This document shows positions 1-12,363 of a stretch of DNA of 64,000 bases, piece after piece. Position 1 is the stretch's first letter. Every line of letters begins with the position of its first letter. The position numbers and the translations under genes were made by a program. Origin of the DNA: Octopus sinensis. Its lineage: Eukaryota. The DNA lies in NCBI RefSeq assembly GCF_006345805.1, contig NC_043003.1, positions 92,752,001-92,816,000 of the forward strand. Direction: 5' to 3'. The notes beneath the pieces are model-generated. The model was not told the DNA's origin. It worked only from the letters and a program-made list of their open reading frames with translations, and searched no databases.

Positions 1-592
1 GGCAAGTGTTTCCTTACTATAGCCCTGGTCCAACCAGTATCTTGTGAGGGGATACAGACAATGGAAACTGAAAGAAGCCTTTATATATAATTTATGGTGA
101 GCTATGCAGTGAGGCCACCCATTCGTGGCAAGGATGCCACTGGTGATACTTATTGACATTTCCTGTCAACAAATTGTCAGCTAGCTCCGCACTTCTGAAT
201 TCCCCTGCAAGAAAGCAGGTAAGGGTCGGCAGCAGGAAGAGCCTTCAGCTATAAAAATCCTACCTCAACACATCCCAATGCTTGGTACCAAGAAACAAAA
301 AAGAAATTAAATACACAAATGAATGACAAAGAAATAATAGACATATCGTTTCATGCATAGCATTGATACACAACATGAAGCTGAAGTATTTAGTGTGATG
401 TCCCTATGAAATTTAATGGATTAAGAGACAGACTTAATATATACCATAAAGCATCTGTATTTTTACAGAAGTACAAAAGTAATGGAGTATAGGAAAATCA
501 GTTGGATTATGCCAAAACTGAAGCTGTCACTCCTATAATTGTGGAACATATAGTAATATACAGAGGTACAACAGCAATATATGAACAGTTAC

Positions 593-685
593 CTTGATTT
601 TAGATGCCAACATATCTCTAGCTTCCTTTTCTTTCAATAAGCGAGATTCATTCTCCTTTAGTTCAGACAACAGCTTTTCTTTTTC
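593..685 (-). CDS. KIF3B: Kinesin-2 coding exon 15 (EKEKLLSELKENESRLLKEKEARDMLASKIK); gene continues out of the window
   Basis: Stalk coiled coil ending in KIK, which precedes the conserved AMESKLL in KIF3B; ctacag| acceptor and |gtaact donor; 93 nt. Confidence 0.92.
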
Positions 686-1207
686 CTGTAGATCAATGAA
701 GATTAATATTAAAACAAAAGGATTTTATTTTTTAAATATAAGACATTTTCATCAAAAAGTTTTTTAAAACTAGTTTTATATGTTATTGGCAGAATTGTTA
801 GCATGCCAGACGAAATGCTTAGCAGTATTTCATCTGCTGCTACATTCTGAGTTCAAATTCAGCCAAGGTCGACTTTGCCTTTCATCCTTTCAGGGTCAAT
901 AAAATAAGTACCGGTTAAGTAGTGAGGTTGATGTAATTGGCTATTCCCCTCCCCCAAATTTCAGTCCTTGTGCTTATGGTAGAAAGGATTATTTATTATT
1001 ATTTTCATATCTATTACAGCTGAAGTGCTGCTAGGGCTCCATGTCTGTTTTGGGATGGTTTCTATGGGCCCACTTTCATATCTTACTCAGATAAGAAATT
1101 GATATTGATAGTCATTATTCCAATTTCTGCATATTTCATGATGATGATGATATTGATAGCGTCTTTGCATACTATTTTACTTAAATCATTGAAAAGCCAT
1201 TATTTAC

Positions 1208-1353
1208 CTCAGCTATTAAAGATTGGTCCCCCAAAATGGCCTTTTTCTCCTCTTCAAGCCGTTGTTGTTGTTCCTGCATATATGCTTCAGCATCCACATT
1301 GTTGTCACCTTCTACTTCCTCTTCCTCCTCGTCATCTGTCATTACCTCGCCAC
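1208..1353 (-). CDS. KIF3B: Kinesin-2 coding exon 14 (S-GEVMTDDEEEEEVEGDNNVDAEAYMQEQQQRLEEEKKAILGDQSLIAE)
   Basis: Acidic patch followed by a coiled coil resembling KIF3B EQQ.KLE.EK.AI..D.SL.AE; ctttag| acceptor and |gtaaat donor; 146 nt. Confidence 0.93.
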
Positions 1354-1612
1354 CTAAAGATTAAAAAAAAGGAGGGAGAGAGAAACAAATTTTTCAGTTC
1401 AAATCTTGGCAACATCAATTTTTACCATTAATCTAACAAGAGTTGAGAAAAATTAATAACACACTGGGATCAATTCAACTTATTTTAATTTCTCCTATAA
1501 ATACAGAATTTGTGCTCTAATCTGTACAATTCAGGTATAAATTCAACATAAGTTTCTTATCGTTATAAGCACAATCTTCTCAAAACTGATAAGACAAATG
1601 AACTAAACTTAC

Positions 1613-1677
1613 TGTCCAGTCGTTTTTTGGACTTCTTTTTGCCATGAGTTCCTCGTGCAGCTAGGTGGGCTTTTAAC
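1613..1677 (-). CDS. KIF3B: Kinesin-2 coding exon 13 (LKAHLAARGTHGKKKSKKRLD), basic patch
   Basis: In phase with exons 12 and 14; tttcag| acceptor and |gtaagt donor; 65 nt; basic stretch after the neck coil. Confidence 0.9.
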
Positions 1678-1832
1678 CTGAAATAAAGAGAAAACATTTA
1701 CTTTTTCAGGCATTTTTACACCGACCTCCTCCTCCTTTTAATATCCACTTCACACTTGTATGGGTCAGATTGAGTTTATTGTGGATGTGTAAAAACCTTG
1801 AAATTTTCTTTCTCATCATCAGTGGATTATCG

Positions 1833-2144
1833 TCGGTGGCACGTAAAAAGCACCATCCGATTGTGGCCGTTGCCAGCCTCGTCTGGCCCCCGTGCCAGTA
1901 GCACGTAAAAAGCACCATCCGATCGTGGCCGTTTGCCAGCCTCGTCTGGCACCTGTGCAGGTGGCACGTAAAAAGCACCCGCTACACTCACGGAGTGGTT
2001 GGCGTTAGGAAGGGCATCCAGCTGTAGAAACACTGCCAGATCAGATGGGCATGGTGCAGCCTACTGGCTTCCCAGACCCCAGTTGTACCGTCCAACCCAC
2101 GCTAGCATGGAAAACAGACGTTAAACGACGATGATGATGATGAT
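1833..2144 (+). mobile_element. RTE 3' UTR copy (others at about 14075-14320 +, 45945-46320 -, 37595-37820 +, 33880-34040 - and 47710-47900 +)
   Basis: Three tandem GGTGGCACGTAAAAAGCACC modules of about 60 nt, then the same tail as 16341-16800. Confidence 0.8.
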
Positions 2145-2339
2145 TATAAATAGGAGACCAGAGAAAATAAGTGAAGAGAGACCTGTTGTTAGAAATAATG
2201 CTATTTAGTGACAGAAAATGCCTCTTATGAGGACAAAATCCATCTTAAGTATCAAGCATTTGTCCTTTTTGCTTTTATTTGCAGAGTCTAGAGCCCAGGA
2301 CCCTTGCAGGTTCTCTGAGAATAGAAAGGTTGATACTAT

Positions 2340-2925
2340 ATAATGTTGCAGGTCAACATTCTGCAAGAAAGACATGAGCAGAGAGAAGATTCCAGAAGAT
2401 TGTTAGTCTGAGGAGAAAAGGTCTGGTCATAGTGGTTAGTATAGGGTTGGGAGAGTTTGGGTGGGTGAAGGTATAAGTAGACCAGGAGTGCCTGAGTGTC
2501 AAAGGCGCTAGATCAACCAATGACAAAGAACAGACACCATTGTAGTAGTGGTAGAATGGACAAAGGCATGAGGCAGCATATGTGTGGGTAGAGGCTGGAA
2601 AGTATCGGTTAATGACTGAATGCTAATCAGTTGGCTCTCTTCTGGACGCAGTCCGGGATGTTTGTGTGCACAGTAGAAGTACAGTCCTAGATGTGGTAGC
2701 AGTGCTTCATAGTGGTCCTCACTTTAGCATTGCACAGTGTTTGCAGTTGTTGGGCTCTGAAGAGAAGAGTTAGTCCTTAGATGTGGGCCTAGCTGTGTTA
2801 AAAGATGTGACTTTATCAGTAGAGATCTTAGCTGATAGAGAGGCCCAGCATTTGGAACAACTGTGAGGGCATGAGCTGAATGCAGCACATGCTTAGTGGA
2901 GGGAGCATAGTGCAATGGTATTTTC
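2340..2925 (-). mobile_element. Decayed CR1/L2-group LINE ORF2 3' part (related fragment at about 51225-51580 -)
   Basis: Remnants of the pattern KAQVR..MEYC..LD.VQKRA..LI and FYHYYNGVCS; shares gtctgaggagaaa with 51244. Confidence 0.6.
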
Positions 2926-3326
2926 TGGATGTGAGTAGTGTTTGTTTTTTTTTTTGCTGTGTGTGTGTGTGTGTGCATAAGTGCATATGTATGTGTTTGT
3001 ATCATATTGTCTTTGTGCTTAAATTGAAAAAATCTATGACACCATTTAAGCAGTGACAATGTTTATGTTGACTGCTGTCATGCAGTTTATCAGACAAAAG
3101 ATCAAGGTAATAAATATCTTACTTGGAAACAAAAAGACATAACAAAAAGTGCACCAGGCTGCATAAGTCTCGTGTAATTGTAACCCATGTCAGTATAGAA
3201 CAAGTAAATGTGATGATGATGATGGCTACACACACACACTCTCTCTCTCTCTCTCTCTCTGAATTTTCACTGATCTGTCTCAAAATAATTATTCCTAAAA
3301 TATTACAATTCTTGTAGAGTACCAAC

Positions 3327-3422
3327 CTTGCAATTTCCTCTTGGAATTCACGTAACAAAGCATCTTTAGGATCCTCATTAATCTTCGGTTTGTTCTTGAT
3401 GTTTTTGGCCCTGTTTGCATAT
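3327..3422 (-). CDS. KIF3B: Kinesin-2 coding exon 12 ([32 protein letters not shown]), motor end and neck
   Basis: Kinesin-2 neck linker [16 protein letters not shown]; cttacag| acceptor and |gttggt donor; 96 nt. Confidence 0.96.
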
Positions 3423-3516
3423 CTGTAAGTGTTGGAGAGGAAAGGAAATAAGGAATAATGTCACACACATCTAACTTCAACTGCACAACTATAATTTTAC
3501 AGTTTACTTTATACAA

Positions 3517-3729
3517 TCTTTACTCTTTTGTTTCAGTCATTTGACTGCGGCCATGCTGGAGCACTGCCTTTAAGTCGAGCAAATCGACCCCAGCACTTAT
3601 TCTTTGTAAGCCTAGTACTTATTCAATCAAGCTCTTTTGCCGAACCGCTAAGTTACGGGGACCTAAACACACCAGCATCGGTTGTTAAGCGATGTTGGGA
3701 GGACAAACCCAGACACACAAACATACATG

Positions 3730-3794
<65 letters not shown>

Positions 3795-3966
3795 ACACAT
3801 ATATACAACGGGCTTCTTTCAGTTTCCGTCTACCAAATCCATTCACAAGGCTTTGGTCGGCCTGAGGCTATAGTAGAAGACACTTGCCCAAGGTGCCATG
3901 CAGTGGGACTGAACCCGGAACCATGTGGTTGGTAAGCAAGCTACTTACCACACAGCCACTCCTGTG
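3517..3966 (-). mobile_element. tRNA-derived SINE family S1: head, CORE-like body, (CA/TA) microsatellite, tail A (copies at about 12591-12987, 46787-47173, 58912-59363, 59586-60010 and 41100-41420, all -; 28975-29270 +)
   Basis: A box TGGCTGTGTGGTAAG, B box GGTTCAGTCCC, CCTTGGGCAAGT core, shared tail GCTCCAGCATGGCCGCAGTCAAATGACTGAAAC; resembles known octopus tRNA-SINEs, family name not verified. Confidence 0.9.
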
Positions 3967-3983
3967 TCTATAATACATTTTCT

Positions 3984-4080
3984 GGATCTTTTCCTTTGGA
4001 ACGGCATATGTCAACACAATTTCTAGTTAACTAAACACTTTTAAACTTCGTATACTGGTAGAATGTGTTTATAAAACATC
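3984..4080. mobile_element. Truncated end fragment of the GG-ended MITE
   Basis: ggatcttttc...aactaaacacttttaaacttcgtatactggtagaatgtgtttataaaacatc matches 10109-10205. Confidence 0.75.
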
Positions 4081-4120
4081 ATTATTGAAAAAAATGATCA
4101 TGAAAAAGCTAATTGTTTAC

Positions 4121-4208
4121 CTCAGTGTTGTAATGGATTCATCGTAATTATAGCTGGCTGGGCCAATATTTGCAACCATGACAGTGCGAGCATTTCCTCC
4201 CAGAGAAT
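4121..4208 (-). CDS. KIF3B: Kinesin-2 coding exon 11 ([30 protein letters not shown])
   Basis: [16 protein letters not shown] motif; tttatag| acceptor and |gtaaac donor; 88 nt. Confidence 0.96.
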
Positions 4209-6160
4209 CTATAAAATACAAGAAAATAGCAGAACACATGGCATTAATTTATTGATTAGTTTTTATGTCCATTTTTCTATGGTAGCATGGATTAGATGAA
4301 TGCATTATTGAGGCGTTGTTTTACAGATGGATACCCTTCCTGTTGCTAACTCTTGTTTTCTGAGAAAGGGAGTTCTTATTATTTCATATATCTTTGTAGG
4401 CATGAAGCCAGTGGACTATTATTTGTTGACAGGAGAAATGACAACAACTTCATTGCTTGTGGTTTGTGATATTCAGAAACGTTTCTGAAAGCTGATCAAT
4501 GACATGTCAGGATGGTAGTCTTCTTTATAAAATGCTACAGTGTCAGCTTGTTCAGTTGTCATTAAAATTTCTTATATTTCAAATCAAAAAAATGTTTGCA
4601 ATTGTACTTAGTATCTTTGAATATTTAAATTTAGTTAAAAAAGCAAACTTCAGTTTTATGAAAATTACACATGCTATAACATCAAAGGTTTTCTCTCTCA
4701 GAATATTTAACTATACAGAGAGAAAATGTTCCTATATTGCAACATTTTGATGCAGTGAAAATCAGCACTAGTGATGTTGCTGTGCAGCCTGCAGAACTCA
4801 GGTCTCCTTTGACTGAGTGGGACTATTGTAGAGAGAATGGCAGCTTTATGCTAAGATGAGTCAAAAGTGTGAGAGGAAGGGCCAGAATAGAGCAGGTCTT
4901 CTGCTGCAAAGGAGCTACATGGTCACTCACATTATAGAAGAGAAAGTGGGAATAGCCAGCTGGAGCAGTAAAGAGATAAATCTAGTGGAAATGAGGTGTC
5001 AGGATGAACCCTCAAGATATGTGATGAGTAGATATGTGTGGAGATTAGAAGTAAATTTTTAGTTAAATTTCTATCATTAAAATTCTTATTTCTTATTTCA
5101 TGAATGAATTCATATTCTTTGATGTTTATCTTTCAGATTCATTTTGCCATATATTTCTTGTTTGCATTGCATTTTCCTAAACATTTTGTATTGTATATAA
5201 AATTATGTTATGTTATGAAGTGAACAGAATTATTTTTAGAGCAACTTAAAACAGCATTTGTTCGGTATTTATCAAAAATCTTTATAGAAATACAGATAAA
5301 TTGAAGCAGTGCTTAAAATTTGTTTCAGGATTAAATAAATGACTTGTTCTGTGAATTGAACAAGCCAGGAGAAACAAGTTAGGTTTAAAATCCGAAGAGG
5401 GATGTAGGGGACATGCCTGTAAGCAAGGACAACCATGATTTTACTTAGATCAATGTGTCTTCTCCAGCATAGTAAACAGCCAGAAGTCTCAGTCCCTTGT
5501 CATGCCCCCTGTGAGGCCCAATGAAAACAATTCTTTTATGTCCTCTCAAAGTTTACAAATTCTTATAATGCAAACAACATACAATTCTTGCTGGTGAGAA
5601 TAAAGAAATTTGACAGATTGCCATGGTGTAATGGTAGGACACCTATCATGTTTAGAGGAATGTGAGTTTGAGTCCCAGAGGTAGCCTTTGATATTTTCTG
5701 CCCAAAGGGTTATTTAACCTAATATTTACAGGATATTATTCTGGATATGTTCTTTGTATTGGAAGATTACGCAATGCTTAAAATAACAGGGGTCAGTTTT
5801 CAGAATGCTTACGAGGGGGTGCTGAAAATTCCTGGCTTTGGGCAAAAGGTAATACAGGAAGACCAGTTAATTACGATTTTATTGAAGATATTCCCTCTCA
5901 GGTTCACACACTTATTGCAGAGCTGCTTTAGTTTTTCTAAGCCCTGTAAAAGAACTCAGAAGGTTGAGCCTCTAACCAGGCCTCTTGCCATACTCTTAAA
6001 GCCAGGAACTTTTCAGTATGGTGCTAGTGATGTGAGGCTAATTTTAAAAGAACTCCACGAGTTTTTTAGTGAGTGACTAAACAAAGACATGACAGGAAAG
6101 TGTGGATGAGGATGAATAAATCAGGTGACATGGGAATGCAATGGAAGGAAATATGATTAC

Positions 6161-6293
6161 CTTGTAAAAGTCGTGTCAGCTTGGAATCTCGGTATGGAAT
6201 ATGGGAGCTTTTGCCATCAACGAGAGCTGATATAACATTACCAAGTGCAGACAAAGACAGATTGATTTTTGTAGCTTCTTTTAAACGTTCTCC
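6161..6293 (-). CDS. KIF3B: Kinesin-2 coding exon 10 ([44 protein letters not shown])
   Basis: [13 protein letters not shown] and [14 protein letters not shown] motifs; ttcacag| acceptor and |gtaatc donor; 133 nt. Confidence 0.97.
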
Positions 6294-6690
6294 CTGTGAA
6301 AATATAAAGGTTTTTCAAAATGCATCTATATACAATATCCTTTCCACATCAAAGAATTCTGGATAAAGTTTAAAAGAAAAGGAAAACTAACTTCAGAGAG
6401 CTGTAGTTCATATATAGCCACAAGGAGGGAAAAAATCCATCCCAATATTTAGAAGTAGCTATTATATTGGGAAAATAGAATTCTCCCAAATGGAATGAGG
6501 CAATTCACATATTTTAGATATCCCAAAGAGAAAGATATCTATACAAAGATATCCAATATAAACCTGGTGTAATATTAATATATAAATCAGGAATGTTCCC
6601 CTTTGAATACCAGCATTATTTTTTAGCTTGAAATTTCAAATTGGTACACCTTGCATAACATAAAAGTAAAACTGAGAAGAGGGTCAAAGA

Positions 6691-6855
<165 letters not shown>

Positions 6856-7120
6856 AAAAAAATGAAAAGAATTTTGAATTTGTTCTGAAATTAAACCAAG
6901 AAAATTAAAATTTGAATTGATGAAAGATTTCAATATTTCAGAATTTTGATTTCGTTTTCACTCTCAATTTTAAAAGATTTTGTCATTTTACTCCCATCAC
7001 CTTAATTTTCAGTTTACAAAATGAAATCATAGTTTTCATAAACTTGGTGAAGGGAAGAAGGTAAAGCCCTGTTTCCCCAACCTTGAACTCTTTCAAATAA
7101 ATGCAAAACTTTACACTTAC

Positions 7121-7213
7121 CGTAGAACCAGTTTTAGTTTGTCGCTCACTACCAGCTAAGTCGACCAGATTCAGTTTACCAACACGAATATGATTCTCAC
7201 CATCAACACCCAT
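7121..7213 (-). CDS. KIF3B: Kinesin-2 coding exon 9 ([31 protein letters not shown]), switch II
   Basis: DLAGSER switch II; ctctgaag| acceptor and |gtaagt donor; 93 nt. Confidence 0.97.
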
Positions 7214-9002
7214 CTTCAGAGAAAAGAAAACCAAAATAACTATGAAGTGAATCAATAGATGTTTAAGGGAGTTAACAGGGGTCTGTGTCAGCAGGTAGTA
7301 ACACAAAAGAAACTTTACAAAGAGGAATGCATTATTTTTACCAACAGAAAGAATAGTCTAAACATTTCAGAATGATACCAAACAAATTAATAAACAACAT
7401 GTTTCACACATTTATTAGCCACCTCTGATTTAACTCCACCCACAAATAATGGCCCTACAATCACTTGGACCCAATGTAAAGACAACAGGGCTAATAATCC
7501 ATTTCTGGTCATGGAAATTCTAGTAATGGGCTCAAACATTTGAAACCAGACAAATTAAGTAAGAAAGGGAGATAGCAACTAAAGTAATTATAAAGGAAAT
7601 TCAAGCTTAAAGTTAAGTTGCAGCATCATGTTAACTCAGTTAGTATTATATTAAAGCAAAGTGTTAGTATTATAATTTAACAGAATGTTAGTTTTACCAG
7701 CTGTAAAGTTAAAACATTAGATTACTGACTGTAAAGCTTATGTTTTGTAACAAACACAGCATAGTGCCTCTTGCTTTTGGTTTCTATGAAAAACTCATTC
7801 CAATTACTCAAATGCAAATGTTCAAATTTTCAAAACAATCTCACCTCTAATAGGTAATAGAATTAATTACTAAATAGCAATCGTAATATGTTACAAGGTC
7901 CACAGACAAGAGGTGGACCTGTGCAGTTTTCAAGCACTATCCAAGAGATGGGAAGAGATTACTTTGAAGATGTCTGAGATGATGGACAGAAGACATAGTC
8001 ATTAGGGTTCAAATGAGAGAGAACAGCCAATCAAGAGAGGAGAATGGAAGCACATTGCAACCGGCAATATATAAGGGCATCTGACAATCTGGTCAATAAG
8101 AAGACTAAGTATGATGCTCTCAAATTTTGGTACAATGCCAGCAATTTTGGGTGGAGGGGAAAAGTCAATTATATCATGCCCAGTATTCAACTGGTACTTA
8201 TTTTACTGACCATGAAAGGATAAAAGACAAGGTCAACCTCGGCAGAATTTGAACTCAAAACAGAGACAGATGACATGCTGCTAAGCATTTTATCCGACAT
8301 GCTAACAGTTCTGCCAGCTTGCTGCTTTAAGAAGAATCAACATATAACATTGATATTTACTCTGAAATGGTTGTGTGTTTGCTTCTTTCTCTTCTCTTGG
8401 TTGTCTCTTGTGAGATTTTCGTTTTTTATTAACGTGTTATGAGTTAAAATGTATTTCTTTACTGCCCACAAGGGGCTAAACCTAGAGGGGACAAACAAGA
8501 ACAGACAAAGGGATTAAGTCGATTACATCGACCCCAGTGGGAAACTGGTACTTTATTTACCGACCCCGAAAGGATGAAAGGCAAAGTCGACCTTAGCGGA
8601 ATATGAGTTAAAATGGCATAGATTTCACTCATCAGCCGAGTGGATATCATACTAGATGGACAATGAGCTTGTACGCCAAGATCAAATCCACTTCCATGCA
8701 ATCTCAGTCAGCCTGGCTCTTGAGCATGGCAGAAAATAATGAGAATGTCCCCTGTAACAGGTTTACACTTTATTGAAGGAAAAACATTGATTTCTTATCC
8801 TCAATGCTTTAAAATTGCAGCTAAACTCTAGTTTTTATGATTCCCTTGGAGCTTCATGATGCATTCACTTACACATTGTATCAAATGTACATATAGAAAC
8901 GCAACATATATACAAGTAAATATCAAGTGTGTGTGTATGCAAGTGTGCATGTGTGTACATACACATATGAGTGTGTACATGCAGATATTCAAATGTATTT
9001 AC

Positions 9003-9072
9003 CTCACTGCATTCTATAGTGATAATAAAAATGGCATGTGACCGGGAACTGTGCTCATTCATGTTTGTCGCG
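9003..9072 (-). CDS. KIF3B: Kinesin-2 coding exon 8 ([23 protein letters not shown]), switch I
   Basis: NxxSSRSH switch I; atccag| acceptor and |gtaaat donor; 70 nt. Confidence 0.97.
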
Positions 9073-10108
9073 CTGGATAAATAGATACCAATGGCTAATT
9101 GTTTTTGTAAATTCAGTATTGAAAGTATATTTGCAAAAAATATAATTTAAGCTACATTGCATTCATAAAATTAAAAAAAACCCAAAAAAAAACAAAAACA
9201 AAATAAAAAAATTAAATGACAATTTCATTTAAAAAAATTTATTTATTAAACACTTGTAACTCTGATTTCATTACATTATTCAATTGATTCGAGCTCTGGA
9301 TGCATTAAATTCATGTCAATTTCGTTTTCTAAACTCAAATTATTGAATGAAGAGCTATGGCAGTCTGATGTTCTTTGAACTGGAGAACCTAAGCGCTAAA
9401 TGTAAATAAAGTAAAATTACTGCTACAGCCACCACCACTCATTTGATAATCATAAGAAACATATAATACTTCTTTCTCACATCTAAGCTAACATCTTCAA
9501 CTGACATTTATTTCTATGCCACCATGGTGACCTTAACCAGAAAATGAGCTTTGAAATAACCCTGATAAGTATACAACAATGGAAAGTTATGTGTAACAAA
9601 GAATCTCTTTAGCTTGTTTCTTATTTTTTTAATTTATATCTTCTATGTAGCACATTTGTGTAAACAAGCTTGTGACATTTGGATCAGCTGTCATTAATGA
9701 CAACGTTCTGTTGTCTCACCTCCTGTTTAATATCCAGTGCCCTGGAGGAAGTACCTTCTGCAGGACCAATCAAAATCTTGTAAGTGGTTTTGATGGGCAG
9801 AAACTGATAGAAGACTGTCGTGTACATGTGTATATATTTATGTATGCTTGCGTGTGTGCACACGTATGTGTGTGTTTACATTTGTTCTTGCTTCTACAAA
9901 AGTTGTGACCTATGAGTGGTGATGTTGTCACTTCTGTCATCGAATCATTCATTTGTGGAATAAGAGACCTCTTACTTGGAAAACAGCTAAGTGTTACCAA
10001 CAGAAAGGACATTCAACAATAAAACAATGCCTTAGTAAGATATTCACCTAACCCATGCTAGCATGGAAAATAAACAAAGCTGTTCACATTTGGTTATTTA
10101 CAAGAACC

Positions 10109-10510
10109 GGATCTTTTTGGTTTGACCGGCATTTTAAAAAAATAATTTCCACGTAACTAAACACTTTTAAACTTCGTATACTGGTAGAATGTGTTTATAA
10201 AACATATTTTTCTCTTGGCTTTATTGAGAAAATTCTATGGTTTGTAAGATATTTGTTGTTTCTTTTCTGTAATTTCAACCAATCAATGACGTCTATTGAG
10301 GTGAATACATTCTGTGCCGTATGAATATGTCCCTCGTTTAAGAAACAGATTAGGTTTATTTATATTTCTGAAGAAAAAAAGATACCCTTCCCCTCACCCC
10401 TAACCCTAACACAGATTGAAATGCAATAGATCAATACTAAGGTCATAATTATGGGTGACAATTTCATATGACACCGCTAGAAAAAACTGCCGGTCAAACC
10501 GAAAAGATCC
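10109..10510. mobile_element. GG-ended MITE with 8-bp TSD (Merlin-like; superfamily unverified)
   Basis: About 28-bp TIRs GGATCTTTT.GGTTTGA.CGGCA; perfect TSD CAAGAACC on both sides; internal TTAGGG units. Confidence 0.85.
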
Positions 10511-12283
10511 CAAGAACCTACTCAATCCCAGAGAAATGAAGCCATCAAACACAAGAGACACTATTCCTTGATTGTTTATAAATGAATAGAATGAGGCTAG
10601 ACACTATGTTATGGTGGCTGCTGTAACAACATCTCAAGTTTAAAGAGTTAACAAATGACAATTTTACTCTAAATATGTGAAAGAGTTCAATGGATACTAA
10701 AGCAGAATTTGATAATTTGTAAAGTATGTAACAGAATCTTTTTTTTTGGCTTTGGTCAATAAGTGATATTTCCTATTTACTTCTAACTAGAAATCAAAGG
10801 AAATAACTACTTTTTCCTTGAGTTGCTGAAGTAGAAATATCATTATAGCAAATATTCTGCTCAATACCACATAACTGCTTGTCAGTTGCTCAACCTTAAC
10901 CACTTGGGCATGTCCCTTAGTGGTGGACAATATGTATATCATTAATGATGAGCAGGAGTAGAGGAGTGGGGGCATCAAAACCATGTGTTGAGAGGGAGTC
11001 TTTGGAGTTTGAATAAATGTAACAAAAGCAAAGTTTGAAGCAAATATTTGCCATTTTTCATACTTTTTAGGGGTAAGCAAATAGGAAATAAGTTGTTTCC
11101 CAAGGACCAAAAGTGTTACACAGGGTAATGGGAAGGCTTTCAGACTGATTGCTTGCTACAGTTATTGTTGATGAGTAGCCATGATCATATCTCAAATGAA
11201 CTTATTGAGGTAATCACTGTATAGTCAAAGTTGCTGAAATATAGGGATCACTGCCTAATAAGAAGCAAGAAGTTGGCATTAATTCATGACATATATAAAA
11301 ACAGAAGAAATCATCCAACTTGTTCTTGAATGGAATGAAAAGCAGAAAAGAAAATGGTGTATTGCCAACCAGTTGCTAGGTTAGATAAGAGACAGGTATT
11401 AATTAAACAGGTACAGTACTTGACAGAGTTAGTGCAAAGGGTGAAATGGCAGTGATAAGATATAGGACAGCTAAATCATAGGTCACAAGTGAACATTCCA
11501 CTAGAATCTCTTAGCAAGACATTAAAGTGTGCTTATCCCAGTTTATTTAGTTGGAGAACAGATAGCAGAGTGAGCTAATGACAGCCTCTACACTGATACT
11601 TGACCAGCTAGAAAAAGCAGTCAGATCTCCCTCAAATCACTATCATAAAAATAAAAGGACAGATTCAGTGATGTGGTTGTAGATACTCTGTCTAGAAAAT
11701 AAAAATAAAAATGAGCTGGTCACAGATGGAGTAGATGATGTTTGTAGTTTCCTTGCTTCGGGGGACAACTTGGGCTAAACAATATATTAAATAATTTTCT
11801 GAACAACCACTTGCCTTGTTAGAAATAACATCTAAATGTCTTTCTGATCACACTCTACCTTCTTGAAAAAAAAAGGAAGGAGAAATTGGATAATGGTAAC
11901 TGGGATTCATTATGAATACATAAAGGGCTGGAACATTTTTCATCATAGATCTCTTGGATGATCAGGGCTGAAACCAAGGCAAAATAACAGATACCAGGCT
12001 GTCAAGGAAAAGTCAGTGGCAAAAGGCTAGCATCCAGTGGAGAGATGGATTAGATGTGTTTCTAATATGTTAAGCAATATAGCAAATAAATAGACCCCTG
12101 TGGTTTGTAACTGGATTAACAAGTGACTTTAGCATATATCTAGTATATGTACTGCAAGCTCTCATTACATCTTATTTAAAATATGGGGATAAGCTGTGAG
12201 ATTAATGGCCTAAAGACTAAGTCTTTCCTTCACTATTTTTGTCATTACAATGAATTATTAAAGAAATTTGACAGAGAACATAC

Positions 12284-12363
12284 CCAACAGCACGATTCTG
12301 GTTACCAACATTCATCACATGTTCAATTTCCTTTGCACTTTTGGTTACAAACGAAGACAAATC
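12284..12363 (-). CDS. KIF3B: Kinesin-2 coding exon 7 ([27 protein letters not shown])
   Basis: KIF3B-type [22 protein letters not shown]; attacag| acceptor and |gtatgt donor; 80 nt. Confidence 0.96.

Noticed and set aside
1099-1431. 110-aa plus-strand ORF
   Set aside because: Antisense shadow of kinesin exon 14 plus flanking low-complexity sequence
1833-1980. CRISPR-like repeat-spacer array (GGTGGCACGTAAAAAGCACC every 60 nt or so)
   Set aside because: The spacers are similar to each other, the module belongs to a multicopy LINE 3' UTR, the context is eukaryotic, and there are no cas genes
3321-3326. Alternative donor GTACTC 4 nt beyond the exon 12 donor
   Set aside because: It would shift the frame relative to exon 13; the AG|GTTGGT donor gives the continuous ARLKAHL reading
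3528-3935. Recurrent ORFs such as MFQSFDCGHAGA... and ...HTHTYIYIY...
   Set aside because: Translations of SINE S1 and microsatellites, repeated at each copy
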